Below, one piece after another: positions 1 to 10,168 of a stretch of 64,000 bases of DNA. The notes below the pieces were generated by a model. The model was given only the letters and a program-made list of their open reading frames with translations, did not search any database and was not told where the DNA came from. Source of the DNA: an uncultured Selenomonadaceae bacterium (lineage in GTDB: Bacteria; Bacillota; Negativicutes; Selenomonadales; Selenomonadaceae); contig CAJOHN010000008.1 of assembly GCA_905234235.1 (NCBI GenBank), forward strand, positions 97,406 through 161,405, given 5' to 3'. Numbering within the stretch: position 1 is the stretch's first letter; each line of letters opens with the position of its first letter. The position numbers and the translations under genes are program-made.

Positions 1-735
1 GCTTTGATAACTTTTTTTGCGAGGATTCCGCGCAGAGTTTGCCCGTCGAAAGTTTTTGACGATAATAAAAGCCGCGTGACATTGCTTTATACCGACGTTA
101 TAGAAATTTCTCACGACCTCAATAAAACGTTGCAAGCCGAAACTTATCAAGAGATTGTTCGCAAATTTTTTAAGATTGACGGGCACGAAACGCCTAAATT
201 CCCCGTGAAAAATTCTCCCGTCGCCGATAAATTACTCGCCCGCCTTCCGCAAAAAAAATTTAAAATTGCGTTGTGTGTGAAGGGAACTTTTCCGCTCAAA
301 ACTTGGAGCAAAGAATATTTTGCTGAAGTTGTCCGCGAGCTGAGGAAAAAATATGACGCGGCATTTTTTATTGTCGGAGCACCAAACGATAGAGATTATG
401 CTGACGAAGTTATTGCGGAAATGGGCGGCGGCGTTGAAAATTTTTGTGGTAAGACTTCGCTGACTGACTTGGCAGAAATTTTTCGCCGCACAGATTTATT
501 TATTACCGTCGACACGGGAGCCACGCACATTGCCGCGACGACCGGCGTTAAAATGGTTACGGTTTACGGTTGCACGAGTCCCGACCGTTGGCACCCAATT
601 AATAAAAATGCCGTCGCCTTGACGAGCCGCGAGCCTTGTTGTCCTTGTACAAAAAAAACTTGCGATAACCCACTCTGCCTAAAAAATGTTACCCCCGCGC
701 AGGTTCTCGACGACGCGAGTAAATTTCTGGCTTAA
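1..735 (+). CDS. Glycosyltransferase family 9 (LPS heptosyltransferase-like), C-terminal part; 5' end outside window
   Basis: ORF is open to the window edge. It has the GT9-type C-terminal motif TVDTGATHIAATTGVKMVTVYG and is followed by other LPS-core genes. Confidence 0.75.
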   Translation, partial: ALITFFARIPRRVCPSKVFDDNKSRVTLLYTDVIEISHDLNKTLQAETYQEIVRKFFKIDGHETPKFPVKNSPVADKLLARLPQKKFKIALCVKGTFPLKTWSKEYFAEVVRELRKKYDAAFFIVGAPNDRDYADEVIAEMGGGVENFCGKTSLTDLAEIFRRTDLFITVDTGATHIAATTGVKMVTVYGCTSPDRWHPINKNAVALTSREPCCPCTKKTCDNPLCLKNVTPAQVLDDASKFLA

Positions 736-761
736 GATTTTTTATGCAGTACCGATAAAGT

Positions 762-1193
762 TTGCAAAGACTTTCTAAATTCAAATCAATGCTTTCTGAT
801 GAATTAACAGGCGTTGAAACATTTGATGACATGTGGAAATCGACGCTTGGGAATTATTTCGGGCAATCTTCGCAGATTTTTTATCATGTAGTGGACGCAT
901 CGAGCATTTCGCAGGAAGTTTGGACGCATAATGACTTTCCATACGAAAAATTTCTTACAAATGAAGTTGATGTGAGCGTTTTGAACTGGAAACCGACGCG
1001 CTTTAATCCTTCGCCAATTTACGGCTCGACGAGTGGAGGCACGATTATGGGATCGGACGAAGAAACTTTACGGCAAATCGAAGTTGAGCGCAAAAGAAAG
1101 TTGCAACGCAAGGAATTCAACGCTGAATTATTGGAGCAAGCACAAATTCAATATTTGCTGAATCGTGACTTGAACGAAAAACTTTTAGTGTAA
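762..1193 (+). CDS. Hypothetical protein (143 aa from TTG; alternative ATG at 789)
   Basis: Intact ORF with codon usage like its neighbours and its own terminator downstream. No recognisable family. Confidence 0.45.
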   Translation: MQRLSKFKSMLSDELTGVETFDDMWKSTLGNYFGQSSQIFYHVVDASSISQEVWTHNDFPYEKFLTNEVDVSVLNWKPTRFNPSPIYGSTSGGTIMGSDEETLRQIEVERKRKLQRKEFNAELLEQAQIQYLLNRDLNEKLLV

Positions 1194-1212
1194 GACAGTA
1201 AAAAGCCAAAAG

Positions 1213-1243
1213 CCTCTGATGTTTTCATCGGAGGTAATTTTTT
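1213..1243 (+). terminator. Rho-independent terminator
   Basis: Stem CCTCTGATG/CATCGGAGG (9 bp, one G-U) with a tttt loop, followed by a T-run. Confidence 0.6.
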
Positions 1244-1304
1244 ATTGCGTCGAAATGTTTTTAGCGATAAAATTGCCCTCGAAAGAAGTTTAGAGGATAT
1301 TCCA

Positions 1305-2423
1305 ATGAAGATTTGCTTATTCATAAAAGATTTTGCCGTCGGGAAAAAATTTCTGCCTGACGGTCGCCCGACTAAAAGCGGCGCGGAAATTCACGGCGAA
1401 AATCACGCGCTCCAACTTATCAAACTCGGTCATCGCGTCACGATTTTTACCAAGAAAAAATTTTTCTTCACGGCGGCGCGAGAAAATTTGAACGGCATTG
1501 ATTTGGTAAGGTTGCACCCACCGATTCGTTGGTTGGAAATTTTTTTGCGCCTGCTTACAAGACACAGGGACATCGACGCGTTTTATATCATCGGGACGCC
1601 GAAATTTGCGGTGTGGGCAATTTTATTTGCTAAAATGTTCAAAAAACCCGTGACGTTGGCATTGACGGGTAAGGCGGAGATTTTTTCTGTTGATAATTGG
1701 CGGAATAAAATTTTTGCAAAGTGCACGCGTTACATTGCGACGACAAAAGAAATTCGCGACGGTTTTATTAAGAGCGGCGGCATTGCGCCCGAAAAAATTT
1801 CTATCTTGCCGCACGGTATCGACACAAATAAATTTCCCAAATCGAATCCTGCGCGGCGGCGTGAATTGAAAATTGCTTACGGCATTGAACCTGCGCGGAA
1901 AGTTTTATTGTTCTGCGCGAGGGTCGTCAAAGATAAGGGCGTCGACACGTTGCAGGACGTTTGGCGGATTTTGCATAAAAAATTCCCCGACGCGATTTTA
2001 TTTGTCGTAGGCGGCGGGATTAATGAACTGCTCGACGAACTGCGAAAAACTTCGGCTGAACTCGACGATTCAATCAAAGTTATCGGGGAAGTCGACGCGC
2101 CACAGGAATTTTATCAAATGGCGGACGTGTATATTTTCCCGTCGCGGCACGAGGGCTTACCGACATCGTTATTGGAGGCAATGGCGAGCGGACTTCCTGC
2201 AGTCACGAGCGACATAGGCGGTTGCGAGGACGTGATTGAAAATAATTTTAATGGCTACCGCGTGGATTCGGAGGACGCGGCAGCATTTGCGGAGAAAATT
2301 TCGATTCTGTTCAATGACGACGAGCGCAGGAAAATTTTCGGCGAACGAGCGGCTGAGTTGATTCGTGACACGTGCGATTTTTCGATTGTCGTGCCGAAAT
2401 TAGCAGAGATAATCGCGAGGTGA
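1305..2423 (+). CDS. Glycosyltransferase family 4 (GT-B, GT1 clan)
   Basis: ATG at 1305 is preceded by GAGGA. E-x7-E region HEGLPTSLLEAMASGLPAVTSDIGGCEDVI. Confidence 0.85.
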   Translation: MKICLFIKDFAVGKKFLPDGRPTKSGAEIHGENHALQLIKLGHRVTIFTKKKFFFTAARENLNGIDLVRLHPPIRWLEIFLRLLTRHRDIDAFYIIGTPKFAVWAILFAKMFKKPVTLALTGKAEIFSVDNWRNKIFAKCTRYIATTKEIRDGFIKSGGIAPEKISILPHGIDTNKFPKSNPARRRELKIAYGIEPARKVLLFCARVVKDKGVDTLQDVWRILHKKFPDAILFVVGGGINELLDELRKTSAELDDSIKVIGEVDAPQEFYQMADVYIFPSRHEGLPTSLLEAMASGLPAVTSDIGGCEDVIENNFNGYRVDSEDAAAFAEKISILFNDDERRKIFGERAAELIRDTCDFSIVVPKLAEIIAR

Positions 2424-2427
2424 AGGA

Positions 2428-4152
2428 ATGAGCGATAAAAAAATTTTTGAGATGGCTGAGGCTTGCGGGATTTTTGATTTTGTCGGCGCGGAAGTTGATG
2501 CGGAAGAAGTTCCGACGGCGGGCAATTCGTTTTTCGATAAAAGTTTTTTCGGGACGCGAGTTTTGATATTAGCACCGCACCCCGACGACGAGATTAACAT
2601 TGCGGGCAATATGATTTTGACAATGGCGGCGGCGAAGGCTGAGATTTTTGTTGCGTATTCGACGAACGGCGACTTTGAAGTTTCTGCCGAGACCAGAGCT
2701 AAAGAGGCTGTCGACGCGTTGAAAATTTTGGGTGTGCCACGCGATAAAATTATTTTTCTCGGCTACGGCGACGGGCATAAACTTTCCGACACTCCGACAA
2801 AATCTCCGGCAGGGCACATTGAAACTTACGCGGCGGAAGGCTTTACTGATTACGCTAAAAAAACTTTCGGGCGACCCAGCCTCTATACCCGCGAAAATTT
2901 CAAGCGCGATTTGAAAAGCCTTATCCTCGAACTCCGCGCCAATATAATTTTTTGTGTCGACTTCGACAGCCACGCCGACCACCGCACGTTGTCGATTTTG
3001 TTTGAAGAAATTTTGGGCGAGATTTTATCCGAGCGCAACGATTATCATCCCGAAGTTTACAAAAAATTTGCTTACGCAACTGCTTTTACTGCCGCGCCCG
3101 ATTTTTACGCGCCGAATCTTTTGTCGACGCTTAAGCCCAAGCTCGGCGAGACTGATACTTACGACTTTGATTTTATCGACCGCGCAAATTATATTTGGGC
3201 AAATCGCGTGCGTTTCCCCGTCATGCAACATCAGACGATTCTGAAAAATAATCCGATTGCTGAGGCTGTCTTCGCGCACAAATCGCAACGTAACGAATGG
3301 AACGCTCTCCGCATTTTGAATTCAGACGAAATTTTTTTTGAACGGCGCACTGACAGCCAAAGTTTTTCCGCGAAAGTTACTGCGACATCCGGCGACGCCT
3401 CTAAGGTTCGCGACTTCAAAATTATCAACACAACCGACGTTACCGCCGCGCCCGCGCAGATTGATGATAACATTTGGCAAGGCGATAAAATTTTTTTTGA
3501 ATGGACGGAGCCCGCGCAGGTTCGGAGGATTATTATCTACGGCAACCCGCTGGACGATTCGCCAGCTAAAATTTCTTTGCGTCTCGAATTGGCTAATAAG
3601 CAAGCCGTCATTGACAAGGAAGGAATTTATTTAGATAATGTAAAAAATTTTAACGCGGAGCTTCCTAGTCGCGGGCGTCCGTTAGTGATTGACGTTGAGA
3701 AAATTTTTGTGACGCGGGCTGAAATTTCGGCTGTCGACGTCGGGAAAAATTTTGGACTGGCGGAGGTGGAGTTCTTCGCCAATGCCGAGCCCTTACATAA
3801 ACTTCCGCCGTTCATAAAACTCACTGTCGACGACAATTTTATTTACCGCTACGCCGTGCCTTACGAAGTCGAGAAAATTTCTGTCGGGCTGTATCGCTTC
3901 AACGTCAGCGCGCCCGTTAAAGTCACTGCCCTCGCCGATAACGAAAAAATTTTGTCGGAAATTATTGATGATGAATTGATTCTAAACTTCGGCGGCGCGA
4001 CTGAAATTATTTTGACGGCGGAAGTTATCGGTTCGGATATTTACGACCGCGCAATTATTCGGCGTGTTGGAGATTTCGCGCAGATTCAACTGAAAATTTG
4101 GCAGTGGCTCGACAAGTTACGGGTTCACAAAATCAGGAAGGTCGACAGATGA
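2428..4152 (+). CDS. PIG-L/LmbE-family N-acetylglucosaminyl deacetylase with a long C-terminal carbohydrate-binding-like (discoidin-like) extension
   Basis: N-terminal motif VLILAPHPDDEINIAG plus later HADH. The C-terminal ~280 aa are beta-rich (GLAEVEFFAN). Confidence 0.7.
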   Translation: MSDKKIFEMAEACGIFDFVGAEVDAEEVPTAGNSFFDKSFFGTRVLILAPHPDDEINIAGNMILTMAAAKAEIFVAYSTNGDFEVSAETRAKEAVDALKILGVPRDKIIFLGYGDGHKLSDTPTKSPAGHIETYAAEGFTDYAKKTFGRPSLYTRENFKRDLKSLILELRANIIFCVDFDSHADHRTLSILFEEILGEILSERNDYHPEVYKKFAYATAFTAAPDFYAPNLLSTLKPKLGETDTYDFDFIDRANYIWANRVRFPVMQHQTILKNNPIAEAVFAHKSQRNEWNALRILNSDEIFFERRTDSQSFSAKVTATSGDASKVRDFKIINTTDVTAAPAQIDDNIWQGDKIFFEWTEPAQVRRIIIYGNPLDDSPAKISLRLELANKQAVIDKEGIYLDNVKNFNAELPSRGRPLVIDVEKIFVTRAEISAVDVGKNFGLAEVEFFANAEPLHKLPPFIKLTVDDNFIYRYAVPYEVEKISVGLYRFNVSAPVKVTALADNEKILSEIIDDELILNFGGATEIILTAEVIGSDIYDRAIIRRVGDFAQIQLKIWQWLDKLRVHKIRKVDR

Positions 4153-4763
4153 AAGTTTTAACGATTAACGAGGAGCTTTTTATCGGGGCGGGCGGGCATC
4201 AAGCGACGTACATTCACCCGATTGATAAGACTAAGTGCATAAAAATTCCGCACATGAAGGACGACGGCGACGTTCGCAAAGAAATGCGCTATCGGAAAAT
4301 CTGCGCGGCGAAGTTAGAAAAGTCGCGGCTCGTGACTGAATTTTTCGGGACGGTTGAAACAAATCTTGGGCTCGGCTATGTTTTTGAACGCGTGATTGAT
4401 TACAACGGCAAGACCAGCCAAGATTTGAAAAATTTTTTGCCGAAGACTAAACCCGATGCAAAAACTCTTCAACGAATCTGGACAATCCTGCTGAATTTCA
4501 AATCGGACTTCCTGCACGAAAATATCGCGATAGTCGACTCGGACATAGAAAATTTTATGGTGCAAGAGCATTCGCCGGGAGCGTATCGAGTGCGAATCGT
4601 CGACAATATCGGCACGCCCGTTTTAATCCCGTTAGTCTACTGGTTTGAATTTGCGGCGGCTTGGAAGGCGAAGCGTCGTTGGAATAAACTCGTTGATTCA
4701 TTTGCGGCGGATTACCCCGAAATAATTTTGCCGGAGTTCGCCGCACAACTTAAGGAGAAATAA
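4149..4763 (+). CDS. YrbL-like (PhoP-network) kinase-fold protein
   Basis: ATG overlaps the upstream stop (ATGA). N-terminus GAGGHQATYIHPIDKTKCIKIP resembles the YrbL family start. Confidence 0.6.
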   Translation: MKVLTINEELFIGAGGHQATYIHPIDKTKCIKIPHMKDDGDVRKEMRYRKICAAKLEKSRLVTEFFGTVETNLGLGYVFERVIDYNGKTSQDLKNFLPKTKPDAKTLQRIWTILLNFKSDFLHENIAIVDSDIENFMVQEHSPGAYRVRIVDNIGTPVLIPLVYWFEFAAAWKAKRRWNKLVDSFAADYPEIILPEFAAQLKEK

Positions 4764-4766
4764 ATC

Positions 4767-5960
4767 ATGCCGATAAAAATTTCACTCGACGCGGCGATGT
4801 ATCAAGTCGTATTGCTGTTGGCGTTCGCGGTGCCATTATCAACAGCCTTAGCGAGTGTCGCCGTCGCAGTCGGGACGTTGTTAATAATTGTTTGGTCTGT
4901 GCGAAATAAATCTTTGCCGCAATTCGACGCGAAAATTTTGGGAGTGTTAGCGGTTTATTTATTGTTGCAAAGTTTTATCGCGCTGATGTCCGGCGAACCG
5001 TTGACGAGTTTCCGCGAAGTCTTTGGCGAGTTGCATAGATTTTTCCCACTGATATTTGCGATGACGTTCATAAAAAAACAACAGCAACTTTGCGGCGTCT
5101 TAATCGCGTCGATGTTGGCGTTCCTTATAAACGACGTGGCGGGCATATGGCAATATTTTGTACTCGGCGAGCCGCGAGCTTCGGGCTTCAACAATTCGCC
5201 GACGGCTTACGGTCCGTTTGTATTAATGCAGTTGCCGGTGTTGATTTATATCGTTCAGCTGAAAATAATGCCGACGCTTTGGCGCAGGATTTCCTTATTG
5301 GCGGTCGGCGCAACGTTGATAGCGTTAATCTTGTCGATGACGCGCGCATCTTGGCTGGCATTTATCGCCATGATAATGATCTTCGTCGCCTTGCATAAAA
5401 ATTATCGCCGCGTGACTGCAAAAATCTGCGCGGGCTTGGCGGTAATATTTTTAATCACCGTGCCGATTTCGCCGAACATCCAAGAGAGGCTCTCAACTTT
5501 TATCGATTTAAAATTCCAAAGCAACAGCGAACGCGTGTTAATGTGGAAGTCTTCTTGGGAAATTTTTAAGGACAATCCGATTCACGGCGTCGGGCAAGAA
5601 ATGTTCGTCAAAGTTTACAACGGGCAATACATTTCGCCGGAAGCAAAGGAGCGTACCAATGAGAAACGTCGTGGGCATTCGCAAGCGCATAATAATTTTT
5701 TGAACGTGGCGTGCGAGAGAGGATTAATCGGCTTGGCGGCGTTTATCGGGCTGTATTCGTATTTTTTTTGGAAATTTTTTACTCAGCTGAAACGCGAAAA
5801 GGAATTTGCATTCGGCGCGGGGACGGCGGCATTTTTAATTCTCGCCGCGCTGATGATTGAGGGCTTGATGAACACTTACACGAACATGACTTCGATAATG
5901 CGCGAATTTTGGTTGTTATCGGGCGTGATGATTGCGGCGGAGAATGTATCTAAGAGGTGA
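4767..5960 (+). CDS. O-antigen ligase (Wzy_C/WaaL-like) polytopic membrane protein
   Basis: Multiple TM segments, MTRASWLAFIAM and the RGHSQAHNNFLNVACERGLIGL loop typical of O-antigen ligases. Confidence 0.7.
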   Translation: MPIKISLDAAMYQVVLLLAFAVPLSTALASVAVAVGTLLIIVWSVRNKSLPQFDAKILGVLAVYLLLQSFIALMSGEPLTSFREVFGELHRFFPLIFAMTFIKKQQQLCGVLIASMLAFLINDVAGIWQYFVLGEPRASGFNNSPTAYGPFVLMQLPVLIYIVQLKIMPTLWRRISLLAVGATLIALILSMTRASWLAFIAMIMIFVALHKNYRRVTAKICAGLAVIFLITVPISPNIQERLSTFIDLKFQSNSERVLMWKSSWEIFKDNPIHGVGQEMFVKVYNGQYISPEAKERTNEKRRGHSQAHNNFLNVACERGLIGLAAFIGLYSYFFWKFFTQLKREKEFAFGAGTAAFLILAALMIEGLMNTYTNMTSIMREFWLLSGVMIAAENVSKR

Positions 5961-5966
5961 GACTTT

Positions 5967-6731
5967 TTGACGATAGACGAAAAAATTTTTGAGGCTCCCG
6001 AAGGCGAGGAGTGGGTTGACGCGCCTTTAAGCGACGAACGGCGGGCGGCATTGGAAGAATTTGCGGAGAAACTCGGCGTGAAATTTTTGCACATTGAAAC
6101 TCTCGACGTTGCCTTGACGCATAAATCATACGCTAACGAATTTGAGCCGCGCATAAAGTACAACGAACGCTTGGAATTTTTAGGCGACGCGGTATTGGGC
6201 TTGGCGGCGGCGACGTATCTTTTCGAGAACTTCACGCACTTAAAAGAAGGCGAACTGACTAAGACGCGTTCTGGGATTGTTCGGCAGTCGACACTTACAC
6301 GCATTGCAAAGGAGATTGGGCTTGGTGAATTGATATTGTTCGGACCGACGGAATTTCCTTTTGGGCGCAATCGCGATTCAAATTTAGAGGACGCGTTGGA
6401 GGCGGTTATCGGCGCGATTTATTTTGATTTAGGCTGGGAAGTTGCCCGCGATTATGTTTTTCGACAGTTCGGAGCCGAGTTTGAGCGCGTCAAAGTTACG
6501 GGCATTCCTAAGGATTACAAAAGCAAGTTGCAGGAAATTATTCAGAGTCGTCCGCCGAGCAAAGTTTCATACGCTGAGCTTAGTGCGAGCGGACCGGATC
6601 ATAATCGGACGTTCGTAGCGGCGGCATTGATTGACGGGAAAATTTTCGGGCGCGGAGTTGGGCGCAGTAAAAAAGCCGCTGAACAGGAAGCGGCAAGAAA
6701 AGCTCTCCAGAAGTTGGGCGAACTTGGTTAA
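5967..6731 (+). CDS. rnc: Ribonuclease III
   Basis: Signature ERLEFLGDAVLGL and C-terminal dsRBD (GRSKKAAEQEAARKALQKL). TTG start. Confidence 0.9.
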   Translation: MTIDEKIFEAPEGEEWVDAPLSDERRAALEEFAEKLGVKFLHIETLDVALTHKSYANEFEPRIKYNERLEFLGDAVLGLAAATYLFENFTHLKEGELTKTRSGIVRQSTLTRIAKEIGLGELILFGPTEFPFGRNRDSNLEDALEAVIGAIYFDLGWEVARDYVFRQFGAEFERVKVTGIPKDYKSKLQEIIQSRPPSKVSYAELSASGPDHNRTFVAAALIDGKIFGRGVGRSKKAAEQEAARKALQKLGELG

Positions 6732-7705
6732 TAATTTTCAAAGTCGGCGGCGATATGCTTGCCGATAATTTTTTTTATTCTGCTAAGGGGATAAGGAAGT
6801 TCGTAGTCGTTGAAGTAGCCGATTTCGACAATGCGAGCCTGCGCAACTTCGTTACTCCTTCCGGCGGGAACATCAACCACGTCGCCGACAGCGAGCGTCT
6901 CGTCATCGGTGCGGTAAGTGTAAGGCTTGTAACTTTCTTTGAAGCGGACTTTGCAGAGAATATATTTACTTCGCGGCGGCTCAATTTCTGTTGGCAACGG
7001 ACAAAAAATTTTAGCCGTCAAATCGTCCGCGCAGGTTTGAATTTCTTCGATAAAATTCATAAGACCCGGCAAAAAATTTTCGTTGTAAAGCGTCTCAAAA
7101 GTTTCAGCCGAACCGTCGTGGCGAACAATTTCAATCTTTGCCTGCGAACTGAAATTTGAATCGGCGAGTTCAATTTCATCAAGGATACTTTGGCAGCTGT
7201 CGAAGAATTTTTTAATGTCATCGCCCGCGTCGTAAATGTGGCTGGAATTTTTTTTATCAATCGTCAAAGTTTTATCGCGGCGGTCAAGCGTCAAACTTTC
7301 CTCCGAATAGTTCAGCGTAAATTTTTCAAGGCGGTTGCTGTTGATGAACTCCAATTCAGGAGCCAAATCGTTAAGCCAATCCAAAAGTTGCTCCCAATTT
7401 TTTGGATAAGCTCCCGCGCCTTGCCCGCGATAAATTTTTTTGCCGTCATTGAAAAGCAATTCCCAACGCGTTTCAGCCGGAGCTTCGGACGAATAATTTT
7501 TCTCCCATGAAAAAATTTCAAGCGCGTCGAGTTCGTTAAGCTGTTCGGTAGAAATTTTAACGACGGGAGAAATTTTTTTATCCACGTCAAGCAAGCCGCT
7601 CCGCAAAATTTTATACGACGCCGAACTACCCTTGATAAAAATTTCAATCGTCTTGTAACCAATCGTCGCGCTACCAATCGTGAACTTTAAATATCGCGCC
7701 ATCAT
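6728..7705 (-). CDS. Hypothetical 325-aa protein (C-terminal Y-x-Y...VGDVVDVPAG beta module)
   Basis: Intact ORF whose start overlaps the stop of the upstream SIMPL gene by 4 nt. No family recognised. Confidence 0.55.
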   Translation of the reverse strand: MMARYLKFTIGSATIGYKTIEIFIKGSSASYKILRSGLLDVDKKISPVVKISTEQLNELDALEIFSWEKNYSSEAPAETRWELLFNDGKKIYRGQGAGAYPKNWEQLLDWLNDLAPELEFINSNRLEKFTLNYSEESLTLDRRDKTLTIDKKNSSHIYDAGDDIKKFFDSCQSILDEIELADSNFSSQAKIEIVRHDGSAETFETLYNENFLPGLMNFIEEIQTCADDLTAKIFCPLPTEIEPPRSKYILCKVRFKESYKPYTYRTDDETLAVGDVVDVPAGRSNEVAQARIVEIGYFNDYELPYPLSRIKKIIGKHIAADFENY

Positions 7706-8361
7706 TCAATCTCCCATAAGAAATCTACAGTGTCGATAGCTTTAATCTCTTCGGGCTGGAAGTTGAACGAATTTTTATCGGCGGGAGCGCACGCGCCACA
7801 TACAATCGTTTCACGAGCGGCGACTTCATCCCAAGAATAATTTATTTCGAGGAGCTTGCCGAGCTTAACGCCCGATGCCGCGCAGAGAATTCTAGCTTTA
7901 CGTTTGGCGTCTCTGGCGGCGGTCTTTAAAATCTTGTCGTTGAAATCGTCGGCGTCCTTTATCGCAAATGCAATGGAAATTTTCGGCTGAGATAAACTGG
8001 CGGCTATCGCGTCGACGGCGGCATTTAATTTATCGTTATCGAAATCAAAAGTCAGCCGCAAATCGTGGTGACATTCAAAACCGATAAAAATTTGCCGCGA
8101 ACGTTTAAAGTTACCGTCGCGATATTCTTCGTCCTCGTAAGCCGAACGCACATCAAAATTAATCGTCTTTAAGTCTTCGGCTTTGAAACCGGCTTCGACA
8201 ATCGTATCGCGGAGCACTTCGACTTGCTGACTTCCGATTTTCATTGCGGCGGAGTATTCGCTGTTCTGCGCGGTCAAACTCAGCGACAAAACGACTTGGT
8301 CGGGAATCTGCGCGGCGTGCCCCGTCCCTCTGATGTGAATGGTGCGTTTTTCTTCCGTCAT
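7702..8361 (-). CDS. SIMPL (DUF541) domain protein, no signal peptide seen
   Basis: IHIRGTGHAAQIPDQVVLSLSL start and overall DUF541-like pattern. ATG at 8361 chosen over the upstream Met. Confidence 0.7.
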   Translation of the reverse strand: MTEEKRTIHIRGTGHAAQIPDQVVLSLSLTAQNSEYSAAMKIGSQQVEVLRDTIVEAGFKAEDLKTINFDVRSAYEDEEYRDGNFKRSRQIFIGFECHHDLRLTFDFDNDKLNAAVDAIAASLSQPKISIAFAIKDADDFNDKILKTAARDAKRKARILCAASGVKLGKLLEINYSWDEVAARETIVCGACAPADKNSFNFQPEEIKAIDTVDFLWEIE

Positions 8362-8416
8362 AAAATTGCCTCCTTTTCTCGCGCTAAAATTCCACAAAAA
8401 TTTTTCACGCCCTGCT

Positions 8417-8445
8417 TTGACATGACATAAAAATTATTCTAAACT
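8417..8445 (+). promoter_or_regulatory. Candidate sigma70 promoter for prfC
   Basis: TTGACA, 17-nt spacer, TAAACT. Confidence 0.4.
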
Positions 8446-8477
8446 TCAAGCAGATAATTGAAGGGAGCCAAAGAATT

Positions 8478-10070
8478 TTGACACTGACTGAAGAAATACA
8501 AAAGCGGCGGACGTTCGCGATAATCTCGCACCCCGACGCGGGTAAGACGACGCTTACAGAAAAACTTTTACTTTACGGCGGCGCGATTCACTTGGCGGGC
8601 TCGATAAAGTCTCGTAAAACTCAACGCCACGCCGTCAGCGATTGGATGGAGATTGAAAAGCAACGCGGCATTTCCGTTACGAGTTCGGTTTTGCAATTCG
8701 ACTACGCGGATTGCCGAATTAATATCCTCGACACGCCCGGGCACCAAGATTTTTCGGAGGATACTTATCGGACGTTAATGGCGGTTGACAGCGCGGTTAT
8801 GATTTTGGACGCGGCTAAGGGCGTTGAGGCGCAAACTAAAAAATTGTTCAAAGTTTGTCGCGAACGTCGCATACCGATTTTTACTTTTATCAACAAACTC
8901 GACCGCTATGGCAAAATTCCGCTTGATTTGCTTGACGAGATTGAGAAAGTTTTAGGCATTCCGACTTACCCGATGAACTTTCCGATTGGTACCGACGGCA
9001 AATATTTGGGCGTTTATGACAGGCAAAAGAATCGAATTGAACTTTTCGCTGACGATACGACGCACGGGCAGAAGGAACGCGCTTCAGAAATTTTTGCGGC
9101 GGATGATTCGGCGGTTATCGCGAGAATCGGGCAAGAAAATTTTGACGCGTTGCAAGATGATTTGATGTTATTGAACGAGGCGGGTGAAGTTTTTGATAAG
9201 GCTAAGATTGACGCGGGCGATTTGACGCCGACATTTTTTGGTTCAGCGATGACGAATTTTGGCGTGCAGAATTTTTTGGAGGAATATTTAAGGCTTGCGC
9301 CGCCGCCCACCCCGCGCATTTCAAGCGACGGAATTATTGAGCCCGAAGATGAAAAATTTTCGGCGTTCGTGTTCAAGATTCAAGCCAATATGAATCCCGC
9401 GCACCGCGACCGGTTAGCGTTCATAAGGATTTGTTCAGGGAAATTCGAGCGCAACATGACGGTATGGCACGCGCCGACTGATAAGCTTGTCAAGCTCGCG
9501 CAACCTCAACAATTTTTAGCGCAGGACAGGCAGATAATCGACGAGGCATTTCCGGGCGACATCGTAGGGTTATTTGATTCGGGGATATTTGGGATTGGCG
9601 ACACTTTAACTGACGCCGCGCATAAATTTAAGTTTGAAGACTTCCCGACGTTCCCGCCGGAGAAATTTGCGCGCGTGCAGGCTAAGGATACCATGAAACG
9701 CAAACAATTCGCCAAAGGCATTGACCAGTTGACGCAGGAAGGCGCGATTCAGTTATTCAATCAAGTTGGCGCGGGCACGGAGTCTTACGTCGTCGGGACA
9801 GTCGGCACGTTGCAATTTGAAGTTCTTCAGTATCGTTTAAAATCGGAGTATGGCGTCGATATTCTGATGACGATGTTGCCGTTTGAAGTGGCGCGTTGGC
9901 TAAAATTTAATGACGGCGCGAAAGTTACTCCTGCGAGTCTGCGCGGAGCCGATAGAGGAATGTTTGTGCTTGACCGCGCAGATAATCCCGTGTTGCTTGT
10001 CGAAAACGAATGGGCTTTGGGCTGGATAAGCGATAATAATCCTAAGCTTGAAATGAGTGCGACACCTTAA
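8478..10070 (+). CDS. prfC: Peptide chain release factor 3
   Basis: RRTFAIISHPDAGKTTLTEKLLLYGGAI, DTPGHQDF and NKLD GTPase motifs; length 530 aa. Confidence 0.92.
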   Translation: MTLTEEIQKRRTFAIISHPDAGKTTLTEKLLLYGGAIHLAGSIKSRKTQRHAVSDWMEIEKQRGISVTSSVLQFDYADCRINILDTPGHQDFSEDTYRTLMAVDSAVMILDAAKGVEAQTKKLFKVCRERRIPIFTFINKLDRYGKIPLDLLDEIEKVLGIPTYPMNFPIGTDGKYLGVYDRQKNRIELFADDTTHGQKERASEIFAADDSAVIARIGQENFDALQDDLMLLNEAGEVFDKAKIDAGDLTPTFFGSAMTNFGVQNFLEEYLRLAPPPTPRISSDGIIEPEDEKFSAFVFKIQANMNPAHRDRLAFIRICSGKFERNMTVWHAPTDKLVKLAQPQQFLAQDRQIIDEAFPGDIVGLFDSGIFGIGDTLTDAAHKFKFEDFPTFPPEKFARVQAKDTMKRKQFAKGIDQLTQEGAIQLFNQVGAGTESYVVGTVGTLQFEVLQYRLKSEYGVDILMTMLPFEVARWLKFNDGAKVTPASLRGADRGMFVLDRADNPVLLVENEWALGWISDNNPKLEMSATP

Positions 10071-10078
10071 TTTGCCTT

Positions 10079-10105
10079 TAAGTCGCAAGAAATTTTTTTC
10101 GATAT
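10079..10105 (+). promoter_or_regulatory. Candidate sigma28 (FliA/SigD)-type promoter upstream of flgM
   Basis: TAAG, 15-nt spacer, TTCGATAT versus consensus TAAA-N15-GCCGATAT. Confidence 0.4.
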
Positions 10106-10168
10106 ATAAACACAGAAGGTACGCTAAAAAATTTTTGCAAGGTTAATAATAAACAGGTGGTGGAAGTC

